Shown here one piece after another: positions 29,971-40,368 of a stretch of DNA of 64,000 nt; within the stretch, counting starts at the first letter, position 1; each line of letters begins with the position of its first letter. Source of the DNA: Bacillota bacterium (GTDB lineage: Bacteria > Bacillota > TC1); NCBI GenBank assembly GCA_028683955.1, contig JAQUGR010000008.1, positions 5,371 through 69,370 on the forward strand, in the 5' to 3' direction. A program made the translations under genes and the position numbers. The notes under the pieces are model-generated. The model was not told the origin of the DNA, ran no database searches, and saw nothing but the letters and a program-made list of their open reading frames with translations.

Positions 29971-32646
29971 TTAGGCCTCCTTTGCTATTTTTACTGCAGT
30001 AACTTTGTACTCTGCAGTTTTAGTTACTGGGTCATATGCCGAGTTTGTTAACTCATTAACAGGTGACTCATGAAAATGGAAGGTCATATAGATTGTTCCT
30101 GGTTGAACTCTTTTAGTTATTTTAATATTAGCAGTAACTGAACCTCTCCTTGATGTTACTCTAACTATACTATCTTTATTAAGATCATACTTTTTAGCAT
30201 CTTCAGGATGTATTTCTACTCTTTCCACAGGACTAATAGCATCTAAAGTTTCTGATATTCTTGTAGATACGTTATAGTGATATAATATTCTACCTGTATT
30301 CATCAAAACAGGATACTCATCATCTACTAATTCTGCAGGTGGTAAGTATTCAATAGGCAACATAAGTCCTTTTCCTCGAGTAAATTCACCAGAATGCAAA
30401 TATTTGCTTCCTGGACTATCTAAAGTAGGACAGCCCCATTGTAATCCATCCTTCTCAATTCTCTCGTAAGTAATACCAGCATATGTTGACATAGTTTTTC
30501 TAATTTCTTCAAATATATCTTCAGCTGAAGTATAATCAAAACCTTTATAACCTAATCTTTTAGCAATTTCAGCAACCATAACCCAATCAAGCATAACACC
30601 TTTTGGTGGTTCAACAGCTTTTCTAACTCTTTGTACTCTTCTTTCAGTATTTGTGAAAGTTCCATCTTTTTCTGCATAGATAGTAGCTGGAAGAACCACA
30701 TGAGCTAACTTAGCTGTTTCTGTTAAGAATATATTTTGAACAATTAATAAATCTAAGCTAGACATTGCTTTTCTTACATGGTTAGCATCAGGATCAGTCA
30801 ATACAGGATCCTCACCCATTACATACATGGCTTTAACATCACCATCAACAATTCCATCAAGCATCTCTGGTATTCTTAGACCTAGATGGTCACTTAGTTT
30901 AACACCCCAGTGTTTTTCAAATATTTCAATGTTATCTTTGTTATCACAAGCTTTATAACCAGGGAAATAGTTAGGTAATGCACCCATGTCACAAGCTCCT
31001 TGCACATTGTTTTGTCCTCTTAAAGGATTAATTCCTGCATTTTCAAAGCCAATGTGACCTGTTAACATTCCCAGATTAGCTAAATTCATAACATTATCTG
31101 TACCAGTTGTATGTTCAGTTATGCCTAACGTATAGAATATACCTGCTTTTTTAGTATTAGCATACAATTTTGCTGCTTTATAAAGCTGGTCTTTACCTAT
31201 ACCAGTTATTTCCTCTACAACTTCTGGTGTATACTTGGCTACATTCTCTTTTAGACTTTCATAACCAGTACATCTTTCATTAATATAATCTTCATCTTGC
31301 CAGTTTTCTTCAATGATTATATGCATTAAACCATTGACTAAAGCTGCATCTGTACCAGATTTAAGTCTTAAGTGATATTTTGCCATAGTGGCTAATTCAG
31401 TTTTTCTAGGATCAATAACTATGAGTTTAGAACCTTTTTGAACTGCTTTTTTCATTTTATTTCCGATTATTGGATGAGCTTCTGTAGCATTTGAACCAAT
31501 GATGAATAACACATCATTATCTTCAATTTCTCCAATAGAGTTTGTCATTGCTCCACTACCTAATGTTGTTGCAAGACCTGCAACAGTAGGTGCATGTCAG
31601 GTTCTAGCGCAATGATCTACGTTATTAGTACCAAAACCAGCTCTAAATAATTTTTGAAATATGAAATTATCTTCATTTGTACAACGAGCAGAAGATAAAC
31701 CAGTTATGGAATCAGCTCCATATTTATCTTTTATTTCTGTAATCTTAGTAGCAATATAATCAAATGCTTCATCATATGTAGCTTCCACAAAAACGCCATC
31801 TTTTTTAATTAATGGAGTTGTTAATCTTTGTTTGCTACTAATCATATCTGAATGATATCTACCTTTTACACATAAAGAAGCTCCATTAACTGTAGCATCC
31901 TCTATTGGAGTAACACCAACTACTTTATCATCAACAACATTTAAATCAAAATTACAACCAGTACCACAGAATGGACAGGTAGTTCTAACTTTTTTGATTT
32001 TTTCAGGTTCAATATTTGCAAGTTGTTTATGAATAAGTGAACCAGTTGGGCACACACTAACACATTGGCCACATAAGCGACAATTATCTGTACTAATTGG
32101 TAAATCAAATGCAGTACCAACTTTTGTATTAAAACCTTTACCTAAGAAATCAATTGTATGAGAAATTTGAATTTGATCACAAACACTTACACACTGTCCG
32201 CATAATATACATTTATTAGGATCTCTATAATATGCTGCATTTGCAGAATCAATCTCGTAGTTTTTCTTTTCGCCTTCATAACTGCCTTCAAGAACTTCAT
32301 ATTCTTTTGCATATTCTTGAAACTTATTATTACCAACTTTAACTTGAGTAAATAAGTCTTTTGGATGATTTGAAATCAATAAGTCTAAGATATCTCTTCT
32401 AGACTTCATAACTTTATCAGAATGGGTTTGAATTACCATTCCCTCCAAAGGTTTAGTGGAACATGATGCAGCTAGGTTTTTTCTACCAGCTATTTCCACG
32501 ACACACATTCTGCATCCTGAAAATGCCTTCAATTTTTCATTATAGCAAAGAGTCGGAACATCTATTCCATTTTCTCTAGAAATTTCTAGTATACTCTTAT
32601 CAGCACTTACTTCCATCTTCTGACCATTAAGTGTAATTGAAACCAT
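29971..32646 (-). CDS. fdhA: Formate dehydrogenase alpha subunit; selenocysteine-containing (in-frame TGA at 31597-31599), with a NuoG-like N-terminal Fe-S extension
   Basis: Track ORFs 31597..32646 and 29971..31548 are in the same frame, separated only by a TGA. Read-through gives DHCART-U-HAPTVAGLATTLGSGAMTNS, the active-site context of Sec/Cys formate dehydrogenases. The N-terminus has a 2Fe-2S motif, two CxxCxxCxxxCP motifs and a MopB CPFCGTGC cluster. Confidence 0.9.
31559..31599 (-). promoter_or_regulatory. UGA(Sec) codon plus bacterial SECIS hairpin
   Basis: The minus strand reads UGA CAUGCA CCUA-CU-GUUGCA-GGUCU-UGCAAC-AACAU-UAGG. The apical part, GUUGCAGGUCU, closely matches my memory of the E. 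coli fdhF SECIS (GGUUGCAGGUCUGCACC). Confidence 0.8.
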
Positions 32647-32651
32647 AAATA

Positions 32652-33128
32652 TTATTCTCCTTTCAAAAATCTAAATTTAATAAAATTAACGATATTCATA
32701 ATATCATCAATATTAAAACAAATATTCACTAACCTACAATCAGTCAAGTTATCAGTTATTACACCAATCAGGTTACTTAAATTATAATCTATTTTTTTTA
32801 TATTTTCTCGTTTTAAATAAAATTTAGGATAAGAAAGTTTTTTAAAGCCTTCTAGAATAATTAAATCAATATCCCTTTTATTTAAATTTTCAATGATTTT
32901 TTCGGGTGTTTCATGACCTATACATAAAAATACTTCCTTAGCACCACTTTGTAAAAATAAGTTAGTATCTTTAATTTCATTTCCTGAATTTACTTTGCCA
33001 ATATGTCCATGATGCTTTATAACTGCTACCTTATAATTACGACACAGAATATTCAATATTTTACAAATCAATGTAGTTTTGCCTGAATTAGAATAACCTA
33101 CAAAAGAAACAACTGGTTTATCAATCAT
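32652..33128 (-). CDS. mobB: Molybdopterin-guanine dinucleotide biosynthesis adapter protein MobB
   Basis: The P-loop VGYSNSGKTTLI in a 158-aa protein. Confidence 0.85.
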   Translation of the reverse strand: MIDKPVVSFVGYSNSGKTTLICKILNILCRNYKVAVIKHHGHIGKVNSGNEIKDTNLFLQSGAKEVFLCIGHETPEKIIENLNKRDIDLIILEGFKKLSYPKFYLKRENIKKIDYNLSNLIGVITDNLTDCRLVNICFNIDDIMNIVNFIKFRFLKGE

Positions 33129-34351
33129 TAATATATATCCTCATCAACAAAAAAAAAGTCTACCCTATCTCCTATTTTAACAGGTTCATCAGGATTTATA
33201 ACTTTTGCCAATGCAGTATAGCTTAACATTGATTGAAGTACACCAGCATTTTGTTTGCCTGCAAGATGAATTTCATATCCATCATTACCAGTAGTTATAT
33301 ATACTCTAAGAAATCTTGTTATATTACTAAGTTTTTTAAAATTATCCATCATAATGCCAGAAAATAATTTTGGCAAATATTTATTGTAGCCCATTATATA
33401 CTTTATTGCCGGCTTAGCTATAACTTCATAAGTAATTAAACTTGCAGCTGGTGAACCTGGTAATGAAATAATCAATTTATCGCCTAATTTCCCTGCTAAT
33501 ACAGGTGTTCCAGGTTTCATTTTAACTGACCAGAAAATTTTTTCTATATTAAGTAAACTATAAACATCTTGAATATAATCAAAATCTCCAACTGAAACTC
33601 CTCCAGTAGTAATTATAACATCATTTTCTTCTAAAGCTAAATTAATTTTATCTTTTAAATCATCGATATTATCACTTGCCACACCATAATCATGAGCTTT
33701 GAGACCTAGTTCATTAATAAAAGCTAGCAAAGCATATTTATTACTATTGTAAATCTTACCCGGTGAAAGTTCCTTGTATAAATCAATAATTTCATCTCCT
33801 GAAGTTATTAATCCGATCTTAGGTAATTGAAATACTTCTACCTCAAAAACACCTATTGCAGCTAACATTGCTACTACTCCTGGTTTTATTTTAATGCCTT
33901 TTTTTACAATTCTTACACCTGATGCAACATCTTCCCCAATTTGTATAATATTTTCATCAGGCTTACCTTCTTTATATATTAAAACATAATCTGAACCACA
34001 ATCTGTATCTTCTTTTTTTATAACCAAATCACAAAATTCTGGAACCTCAGCTCCAGTCATAATTTTATATACCCCATCTGATAATAAACTAATATCATCC
34101 CCTGCTTTAATAGTACCATCTATTTTAAGTTTAACAGGATTGTTAAGACTCACACCTTTTGTATATATGCTTTTTAGGCAATAACCGTCAAATGGTGATT
34201 TTATAAAGTTAGGGATAGGTACTTTGGTATAAATGTCAGAAGCTAGAATCCTATTAAACGAGTCTTCTAGCTTGATAATCTCTTTATTTTGATGTTTAAT
34301 TTTAGATAGGATAAGCTCAATTGCTTTTTGAGTATCAATAAATTTTTCCAT
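33128..34351 (-). CDS. moeA: Molybdopterin molybdenumtransferase
   Basis: The 407-aa product has the MoeA domain order and the MoCF motif TTGGVSVGDFDY. Confidence 0.9.
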   Translation of the reverse strand: MEKFIDTQKAIELILSKIKHQNKEIIKLEDSFNRILASDIYTKVPIPNFIKSPFDGYCLKSIYTKGVSLNNPVKLKIDGTIKAGDDISLLSDGVYKIMTGAEVPEFCDLVIKKEDTDCGSDYVLIYKEGKPDENIIQIGEDVASGVRIVKKGIKIKPGVVAMLAAIGVFEVEVFQLPKIGLITSGDEIIDLYKELSPGKIYNSNKYALLAFINELGLKAHDYGVASDNIDDLKDKINLALEENDVIITTGGVSVGDFDYIQDVYSLLNIEKIFWSVKMKPGTPVLAGKLGDKLIISLPGSPAASLITYEVIAKPAIKYIMGYNKYLPKLFSGIMMDNFKKLSNITRFLRVYITTGNDGYEIHLAGKQNAGVLQSMLSYTALAKVINPDEPVKIGDRVDFFFVDEDIY

Positions 34352-34376
34352 ATTTTACCTACAATCAATTTTTGAA

Positions 34377-34955
34377 CTAATTAGATCTACTTCCTGGTTT
34401 TACAATTGGTAATCCTGCTTTACATAAAGGACAATCATCAGCTTCATATGACTTAACATCCATTGATAGACAAGCTTCAACTCTTGCGCCCAAATCAACT
34501 TTACCATTACTTCTATCTACTAATAAAGCTACACCGACAACTATGCCATCATTTTCTTTAACAATATCAATAACTTCTTTAACACTTCCACCAGTTGTTA
34601 CAACATCTTCAACAACCAATACTCTTTGACCAGGTTCTATAGTAAAATTCCTTCTAAGTGTCATTTTACCATCAACTCTTTCAGTAAATAATGATGGAAC
34701 ACCAAGCTGTTTTGCCATTTCATAAGAAATTACAATTCCACCCATTGCTGGTCCAACAACTAAATCAACTTTTTCATTTTTAAAAGCTTCAGCTAGATGA
34801 CCACATAATGCTGAAGTATATTTTGGTTCCATTAAAACTCTGGCACATTGAATATATCTATCACTATGTCTTCCTGATGTTAATCTAAAATGACCTTCTA
34901 GTAATGCTCCAGATTCAATAAATATTTTTTTAATTTCTTCTGTTGATAATTTCAT
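34377..34955 (-). CDS. pyrE: Orotate phosphoribosyltransferase
   Basis: The PRPP motif VLVVEDVVTTGGS in a 192-aa protein. Confidence 0.93.
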   Translation of the reverse strand: MKLSTEEIKKIFIESGALLEGHFRLTSGRHSDRYIQCARVLMEPKYTSALCGHLAEAFKNEKVDLVVGPAMGGIVISYEMAKQLGVPSLFTERVDGKMTLRRNFTIEPGQRVLVVEDVVTTGGSVKEVIDIVKENDGIVVGVALLVDRSNGKVDLGARVEACLSMDVKSYEADDCPLCKAGLPIVKPGSRSN

Positions 34956-34964
34956 GTTTACCTC

Positions 34965-35681
34965 CTATATTCCTTCCATTTCAGCAACTATTTTTTTTGC
35001 TGCTTCTTTAATATTTTCTGCCTTTGTAATTGGTCTACCAACAACTATATATGTAGATCCACCTTTTATAGCTTGTCCTGGTGTAGTAATTCTTTTTTGG
35101 TCGCCAACATCTCCACCTGCAAGTCTTACTCCTGGTGTAACGGTAATAAACCCATCATGACATGCTTTTTTAATTATACCAGCTTCTAAAGGAGAACAAA
35201 CAACACCATCTAATCCTGCTTTGTCTGTCAATAAGCCAAGATGTTCTACCATCTCTTTTGGACTTTTAGTATAACCAATTTCTTCAACTTCATTATCTCC
35301 TAAACTAGTTAAAATAGTTACTGCTATAAGCATTGGAGCTTTAATACCAAATTCATTAGCAGTTTTAACACTTGTTTCTTTAGCTAATTTCATCATTTCA
35401 TAACCGCCTTGACTATGAACATTCATCATATCTACCCCAGATTTAGTTAAAACACGAACTGTTTCGCTTACTGTGTTGGGAATATCATGTAATTTAAGAT
35501 CAAGGAAGACTTTACCACCTCTTTGTTTAATATATGCTATTATATCATTTCCCATACTTGTATATAATTGCAAACCAACTTTGAACATCCCAATTTCATC
35601 TTTTAATTCATTTACTAAATATTCAACTTCTTCAATTGTATCCACATCAAGTGCTACAATTAATCTTTCTTTTGCGTTCAT
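34965..35681 (-). CDS. pyrF: Orotidine 5'-phosphate decarboxylase
   Basis: LIVALDV, DLKLHDIPNT and IVVGRPIT are present. I set the start at the ATG at 35681, which is preceded by GGAGAG. Confidence 0.93.
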   Translation of the reverse strand: MNAKERLIVALDVDTIEEVEYLVNELKDEIGMFKVGLQLYTSMGNDIIAYIKQRGGKVFLDLKLHDIPNTVSETVRVLTKSGVDMMNVHSQGGYEMMKLAKETSVKTANEFGIKAPMLIAVTILTSLGDNEVEEIGYTKSPKEMVEHLGLLTDKAGLDGVVCSPLEAGIIKKACHDGFITVTPGVRLAGGDVGDQKRITTPGQAIKGGSTYIVVGRPITKAENIKEAAKKIVAEMEGI

Positions 35682-35694
35682 TATAACTCTCCTT

Positions 35695-36603
35695 CTATTT
35701 GTGCGCAGCACCTATAATATCAGTATAGGATGACAAACCTTTATTATCCAAATATTCATTTATGCCTTTAATAATATCAATTGGTATATAGGGATCTACA
35801 AAATTACCAGTTCCAACACTTATTGCAGAAGCCCCAGCCATAATAAATTCTAAAGCATCTGTAGTGTTCATAATTCCACCCATACCAATAATAGGTATAT
35901 TAACGGCTTTGTAGACTTCATAAACCATTCTTAAAGCTACTGGTTTTATAGGAGGACCTGAATAACCCCCGATAATATTATTAATGATAGGTCTTTGTTT
36001 TTCAACATCTATAGCCATGCCTATTAAAGTATTAATCATTGAAATTATATCAGCACCACCACTTTCTACTGCTTGGGCCATAATTGCAATATTTGTTACA
36101 TTTGGTGATAGTTTCATAATTATCGGCTTTGAAGTATTATTTTTGACCATCTTTGCTACATCAAAAGCCATATTAGGGTCTGTACCAAAGGTAATACCAC
36201 CCTCTTTAACATTAGGACAAGAAATATTAACTTCTAAGGCACTCACTCCATCAATACTCAATCTATCAGCCATATAACCATAATCATCTATTGAACTACC
36301 TGATATATTGACAATTATTTCTGTACCATAAGTTTTAGCTTCAGGTAAAATATTATTAATAAAGTCATCTACTCCGCCATTTGCAAGACCTATAGAGTTA
36401 ATAATACCACCACTAGTTTCTACTAAACGCTGTGGTTTATTCCCAACTCTTTTTTCAGGTGTAGTACCTTTAACCATAATACCACCTAATAAACTAAGGT
36501 CATAAAAATCTTTAAATTCTTTTCCAGAACCAAATGTACCTGAAGCAACTGTCACAGGGTTCTTCATTTTAAATTTTCCAAGATTACATTCAAGTTTATT
36601 CAT
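35695..36603 (-). CDS. pyrD: Dihydroorotate dehydrogenase B, catalytic subunit
   Basis: NPVTVASGTFG, NISCPNV and GMGGI are present. I set the start at the ATG at 36603, which is preceded by AAAGGAGG. Confidence 0.93.
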   Translation of the reverse strand: MNKLECNLGKFKMKNPVTVASGTFGSGKEFKDFYDLSLLGGIMVKGTTPEKRVGNKPQRLVETSGGIINSIGLANGGVDDFINNILPEAKTYGTEIIVNISGSSIDDYGYMADRLSIDGVSALEVNISCPNVKEGGITFGTDPNMAFDVAKMVKNNTSKPIIMKLSPNVTNIAIMAQAVESGGADIISMINTLIGMAIDVEKQRPIINNIIGGYSGPPIKPVALRMVYEVYKAVNIPIIGMGGIMNTTDALEFIMAGASAISVGTGNFVDPYIPIDIIKGINEYLDNKGLSSYTDIIGAAHK

Positions 36604-37363
36604 CAAAAGATACCTCCTTTGACTTAAATACTGGACCTTCTTTACAAACTCTTTTATATGTACCATCTGTCATCTTACATACACAACTTAAACAAGCTCC
36701 AAGGCCACAACCCATATAGGCTTCTAATGATAACTCAAGATTCACCTTATCTTCAAGTGTTTTCAAGTACTTGAGCATAGGTTCAGGCCCACAGGCATAA
36801 GCTTTATCAAAAGTATTTAACTCATAATTACTTAAGATTGCTTCAACTGTTCCTTTTATGCCTAAACTACCATCCATAGTAGCTACTGTTAAGGTCCCAA
36901 GTTTTGAGAAATAATCTAGAGCATATGAAGTATCTTTACTACTAAAACCCAAGACAATTTCTATTTCATTACCTGATTCTTTTAATTTAAGTCCTAAATC
37001 ATAAAGAGGTGCAATTCCTATTCCACCGCCAATTAATAGACATTTATTATCAAATTTCTTAACTGTAAATCCAGTCCCAAGTGGACCAATTATGTCTAAT
37101 TGTTGATTAGCTTTCAGTTCAGACAGATTTTTAGTTCCTGGTCCCTTAACTTGATAAAGTATTGAAATTGTTTCAGCTACTTTATCTACTTCAAATATAC
37201 TAATAGGTTTTCTAAGTAATGGAACAGAGCCAGTCTTTATTTCTAAAAACTGGCCTGGTTTGGCTATATCTGCAATATTTTTCTCATTGATTTTCATTAA
37301 ATAAACAAAGTCTTCAATTATAGGTTCATTAGAAATAATTATTCCATTATTTTTAAAAATCAT
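36596..37363 (-). CDS. pyrK: Dihydroorotate dehydrogenase B, electron transfer subunit
   Basis: An FAD/NAD-binding fold plus the C-terminal 2Fe-2S Cys cluster CGLGACLSCVC...C. Confidence 0.9.
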   Translation of the reverse strand: MIFKNNGIIISNEPIIEDFVYLMKINEKNIADIAKPGQFLEIKTGSVPLLRKPISIFEVDKVAETISILYQVKGPGTKNLSELKANQQLDIIGPLGTGFTVKKFDNKCLLIGGGIGIAPLYDLGLKLKESGNEIEIVLGFSSKDTSYALDYFSKLGTLTVATMDGSLGIKGTVEAILSNYELNTFDKAYACGPEPMLKYLKTLEDKVNLELSLEAYMGCGLGACLSCVCKMTDGTYKRVCKEGPVFKSKEVSFDE

Positions 37364-37365
37364 AA

Positions 37366-38649
37366 TTAAATCACCTTACCATCTTTTAAGGCAAAGTCAC
37401 CTTTTACAATAGTATGTACTACTTCACCTTCTAGATTCCACCCTTTAAATGGTGTGTTTCTACCCATTGAATAAAACACATCTGGATTAACTACCCATTC
37501 TTTATTAGGATCAAAGATAGTTATATCTGCATCTGCACCAATCTTTAATTCTCCCCCAAGTTTAAAAATCCTACCTGGATTATTTGCCATTTTTTCCACT
37601 AAAGTGTTGTAAGATATTATTCCAGTTTTCACAAACTTTGTATACATTAAAGAAAGTGAAGTTTCTAGGCCTACTACACCAAAAGGAGCATATGCATATT
37701 CTACTTCTTTTTCCCATCTAGCATGTGGTGCATGATCAGTAACAATTAAGTCAATAGTTCCGTCAATAATACCAGCAAGTAGAGCTTCACGGTCATCTTC
37801 ACTTCTAAAAGGAGGATTAATTTTAGTTGAAGTATCAAAAGATTCCACAACTTGATCTGTTAGAACAAGATGTTGTGAAGTAACCTCTGCTGTAACATTA
37901 ATTCCTTTTATTTTTGCTTCTCTAACTAATTGCACTGAATTTTTACTGCTCATATGTGCTATATGAACCTTGCCTCCAGTCATTTTAGCAAGAGCTATAT
38001 CTCTGGCCACTATTAAATCTTCAGATTCTCTTGGTATCCCTTTTAAACCGAGTATAGTTGAATAGTACCCCTCATGTATAAAACCTCCATTGGCCATACT
38101 CTCATCTTCACAATGTTCAATCAATATAAGGTCGAATTTTTTTGCATATTCCAAAACTCTTCTAGTAATATATGCATTTTTAACTGGTTTACCATCATTA
38201 CTTATAGCTACGATACCTGCTTCTTTCATATCGCCCATTTCAGTTAGTTGATCAGAATCAATATTTTTAGTAGCTGCTCCAATAACTTTTAAATTGACTT
38301 TTGCACCTCTTGCTTTTCTATCTAATGCTTCTACTATAGTTCTATCATCAATTGCTGGCTTAGTATTTGGCATACAAGCAACTGTAGTAAATCCACCTTT
38401 AGCTGCTGCCGCTAATCCAGTTTGGATTGTTTCTTTATGTTCAAAACCTGGTTCTCTTAAATGAACATGCATATCAATAAGACCAGGAAACACCTTAAGA
38501 CCTTTAGCATTAATTATTTCACATTCAACATTCGCATCTATATTTTTCTCTATTTTACTAATTTTATCATTAACAATTAAGATATCCATAATATCATCTA
38601 ATGAATTTGCTGGGTCGATTACATGTCCATCCTTAATTAATTTCATCAC
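37366..38649 (-). CDS. pyrC: Dihydroorotase
   Basis: The metal motif DMHVHLREPG and, later, TDHAPH. Confidence 0.93.
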   Translation of the reverse strand: MMKLIKDGHVIDPANSLDDIMDILIVNDKISKIEKNIDANVECEIINAKGLKVFPGLIDMHVHLREPGFEHKETIQTGLAAAAKGGFTTVACMPNTKPAIDDRTIVEALDRKARGAKVNLKVIGAATKNIDSDQLTEMGDMKEAGIVAISNDGKPVKNAYITRRVLEYAKKFDLILIEHCEDESMANGGFIHEGYYSTILGLKGIPRESEDLIVARDIALAKMTGGKVHIAHMSSKNSVQLVREAKIKGINVTAEVTSQHLVLTDQVVESFDTSTKINPPFRSEDDREALLAGIIDGTIDLIVTDHAPHARWEKEVEYAYAPFGVVGLETSLSLMYTKFVKTGIISYNTLVEKMANNPGRIFKLGGELKIGADADITIFDPNKEWVVNPDVFYSMGRNTPFKGWNLEGEVVHTIVKGDFALKDGKVI

Positions 38650-39568
38650 TAGTTTTCCCTCCTAACATCATGAATAATAGAGCCATTCTAACCGCAACCC
38701 CATTAGTTACTTGTTCATCAACAACTGATCTTGGGTGTTCATAAACTTCAGGCATTATTTCAACACCTCTGTTCATAGGACCTGGATGCATTATAATTGC
38801 ATCTTCTTTAAGTAGTTCTACTCTTTTGGAAGTTAATCCCCAAAATTTATTATATTCTACCAAACTTGGTAGTAATCCACTAGACATTCGTTCCTTTTGA
38901 AGTCTTAAAACATTTACTACATCTGCACCTCTTAATGCTTTGTCAACATCCGTATATACTTCAACACCCATTTTTTGCATTTCAACAGGTATTAGTGTTT
39001 CTGGAGCTACTACTCTAACCTTTGCTCCATATTTTGTTAATCCCCAAATATTACTTCTTGCAACTCTACTATGTGCTACGTCTCCAAGTATTGTAACTGT
39101 TAGATTACCAAGATCACCTTTTTTATCTTTCATTGTAAACATATCTAATAATCCTTGTGTAGGATGTTCATTCATTCCATCTCCAGCATTAATAATTCTA
39201 GCTTTGGTATTTCTTCCAAGAAAATGTGGAGCACCACTTGCACCATGTCTCATAACAAATAGTTCTATGCCCATTACTTCTAAAGTAATAGCCGTGTCTA
39301 TTAAAGTTTCACCTTTTTGGACACTACTTGTACTAACTGCTAAATTAGTACAATCTGCACTAAGGTATTTTGCTGCCAATTCAAAGGAGCTTTTTGTTCT
39401 TGTGCTATTTTCAAAGAATAATGTGGCCATTGACTTACCACGTAATGCAGGGGCTTTTTTTATGTCTCTCTTAATTATATCTTTCATAGGAATAGCGATT
39501 CCCAATATTTCATCAATTTCATCTGTAGATATATTCCTTAATCCAAGTAAGTCTTTAGCTTTTAGCAT
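38633..39568 (-). CDS. pyrB: Aspartate carbamoyltransferase catalytic subunit
   Basis: STRTKSSFE, HPTQ and HPGP motifs are present. Confidence 0.95.
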   Translation of the reverse strand: MLKAKDLLGLRNISTDEIDEILGIAIPMKDIIKRDIKKAPALRGKSMATLFFENSTRTKSSFELAAKYLSADCTNLAVSTSSVQKGETLIDTAITLEVMGIELFVMRHGASGAPHFLGRNTKARIINAGDGMNEHPTQGLLDMFTMKDKKGDLGNLTVTILGDVAHSRVARSNIWGLTKYGAKVRVVAPETLIPVEMQKMGVEVYTDVDKALRGADVVNVLRLQKERMSSGLLPSLVEYNKFWGLTSKRVELLKEDAIIMHPGPMNRGVEIMPEVYEHPRSVVDEQVTNGVAVRMALLFMMLGGKTSDEIN

Positions 39569-40129
39569 CTATTCATCCTCCTCTAATAATTCCTTAATTA
39601 CAACTTTATCGATACCATCAATTTCTTTAAGGAGAACATCAATTTTTTCTCTTTTAGATGTTGGTACATTTTTACCTACAAAATCTGCTCTAATTGGCAA
39701 TTCGCGATGACCTCTGTCAACCATAACAACTAGTTGTATAAGTTCAGGTCTTCCCATATCTATAATGGAGTCTAAAGCTGCTCTAATTGTTCTACCTGTA
39801 TATAGAACATCATCGACTAAAATTATTTTTTTACCTTTTATACCAACTGGTATAACAGTTTGATGAATTACAGGTTGTTCTGTTAAAGATGTTAAATCAT
39901 CTCTATAAAGATTTATATCTAAAACACCAATAGGAAGAACAATACCATGGATTTCTTCAATAGTTTTTTTAAGTCTTTCTGCTAAAGGCACACCTCTAGT
40001 TCTTATACCAAGAATAACAGCATTATCTAAAGTCTTATTTTTTTCCAAAAGTTCATGAGCTATTCTTTTTAATGCTCTATCCATCTGATCCTCATCCATA
40101 ATAACTGCTTTTTCAATAAATTTTTTCAT
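39569..40129 (-). CDS. pyrR: Bifunctional pyr operon regulator / uracil phosphoribosyltransferase PyrR
   Basis: The 186-aa product has the PRT motif [13 protein letters not shown]. It is the first gene of the pyr operon. Confidence 0.93.
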   Translation of the reverse strand: MKKFIEKAVIMDEDQMDRALKRIAHELLEKNKTLDNAVILGIRTRGVPLAERLKKTIEEIHGIVLPIGVLDINLYRDDLTSLTEQPVIHQTVIPVGIKGKKIILVDDVLYTGRTIRAALDSIIDMGRPELIQLVVMVDRGHRELPIRADFVGKNVPTSKREKIDVLLKEIDGIDKVVIKELLEEDE

Positions 40130-40140
40130 ATTTACCTCCT

Positions 40141-40180
40141 AAAAAAAATAGTCTATCTGACTAAATCAGATAGACTATAG
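40141..40180 (-). terminator. Leader attenuator terminator of the pyr operon
   Basis: The minus strand reads TAGTCTATCTGA-TTTA-GTCAGATAGACTA followed by TTTTTTTT, ending about 12 nt before the pyrR RBS. Confidence 0.8.
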
Positions 40181-40235
40181 TATTTCGTAAATCGCTTTTA
40201 AATAGCTACATAAATATTATATTCTTATCATCTTT

Positions 40236-40250
40236 CTAGTCTCTCGTACC
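40236..40250 (-). promoter_or_regulatory. Candidate PyrR-binding loop in the pyr leader RNA
   Basis: The minus strand reads GGUACGAGAGACUAG, which resembles the remembered PyrR box (..UCCAGAGAGGCU.G). It lies between the promoter and the attenuator hairpin. Confidence 0.55.
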
Positions 40251-40271
40251 AAATTAAAGATTACTGTATTT

Positions 40272-40300
40272 ATTTTACTATTTATGTTCATTTTTGTCAA
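40272..40300 (-). promoter_or_regulatory. Sigma-A type promoter of the pyr operon
   Basis: The minus strand reads TTGACA, a 17-nt spacer, then TAAAAT. Confidence 0.6.
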
Positions 40301-40368
40301 TTATGTTTATGAGATTATTGTAATAATTTGTTCTATAAGTTAATATATATGAAGACAGGAGTGATTAT

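Noticed and set aside
31549-31599. The break between the two formate dehydrogenase ORFs read as a pseudogene or nonsense mutation.
   Set aside because: The interrupting codon is TGA at exactly the Sec/Cys active-site position. The frame is preserved, and a SECIS-like hairpin follows at the expected distance. Selenocysteine recoding is the better explanation.
38940-39710. A 256-aa plus-strand ORF antisense to pyrB/pyrR.
   Set aside because: It lies entirely inside two strongly supported minus-strand genes. Its translation is low-complexity (rich in S/I/L/F/T) with no motif and no RBS. This is a typical shadow ORF of AT-rich coding sequence.
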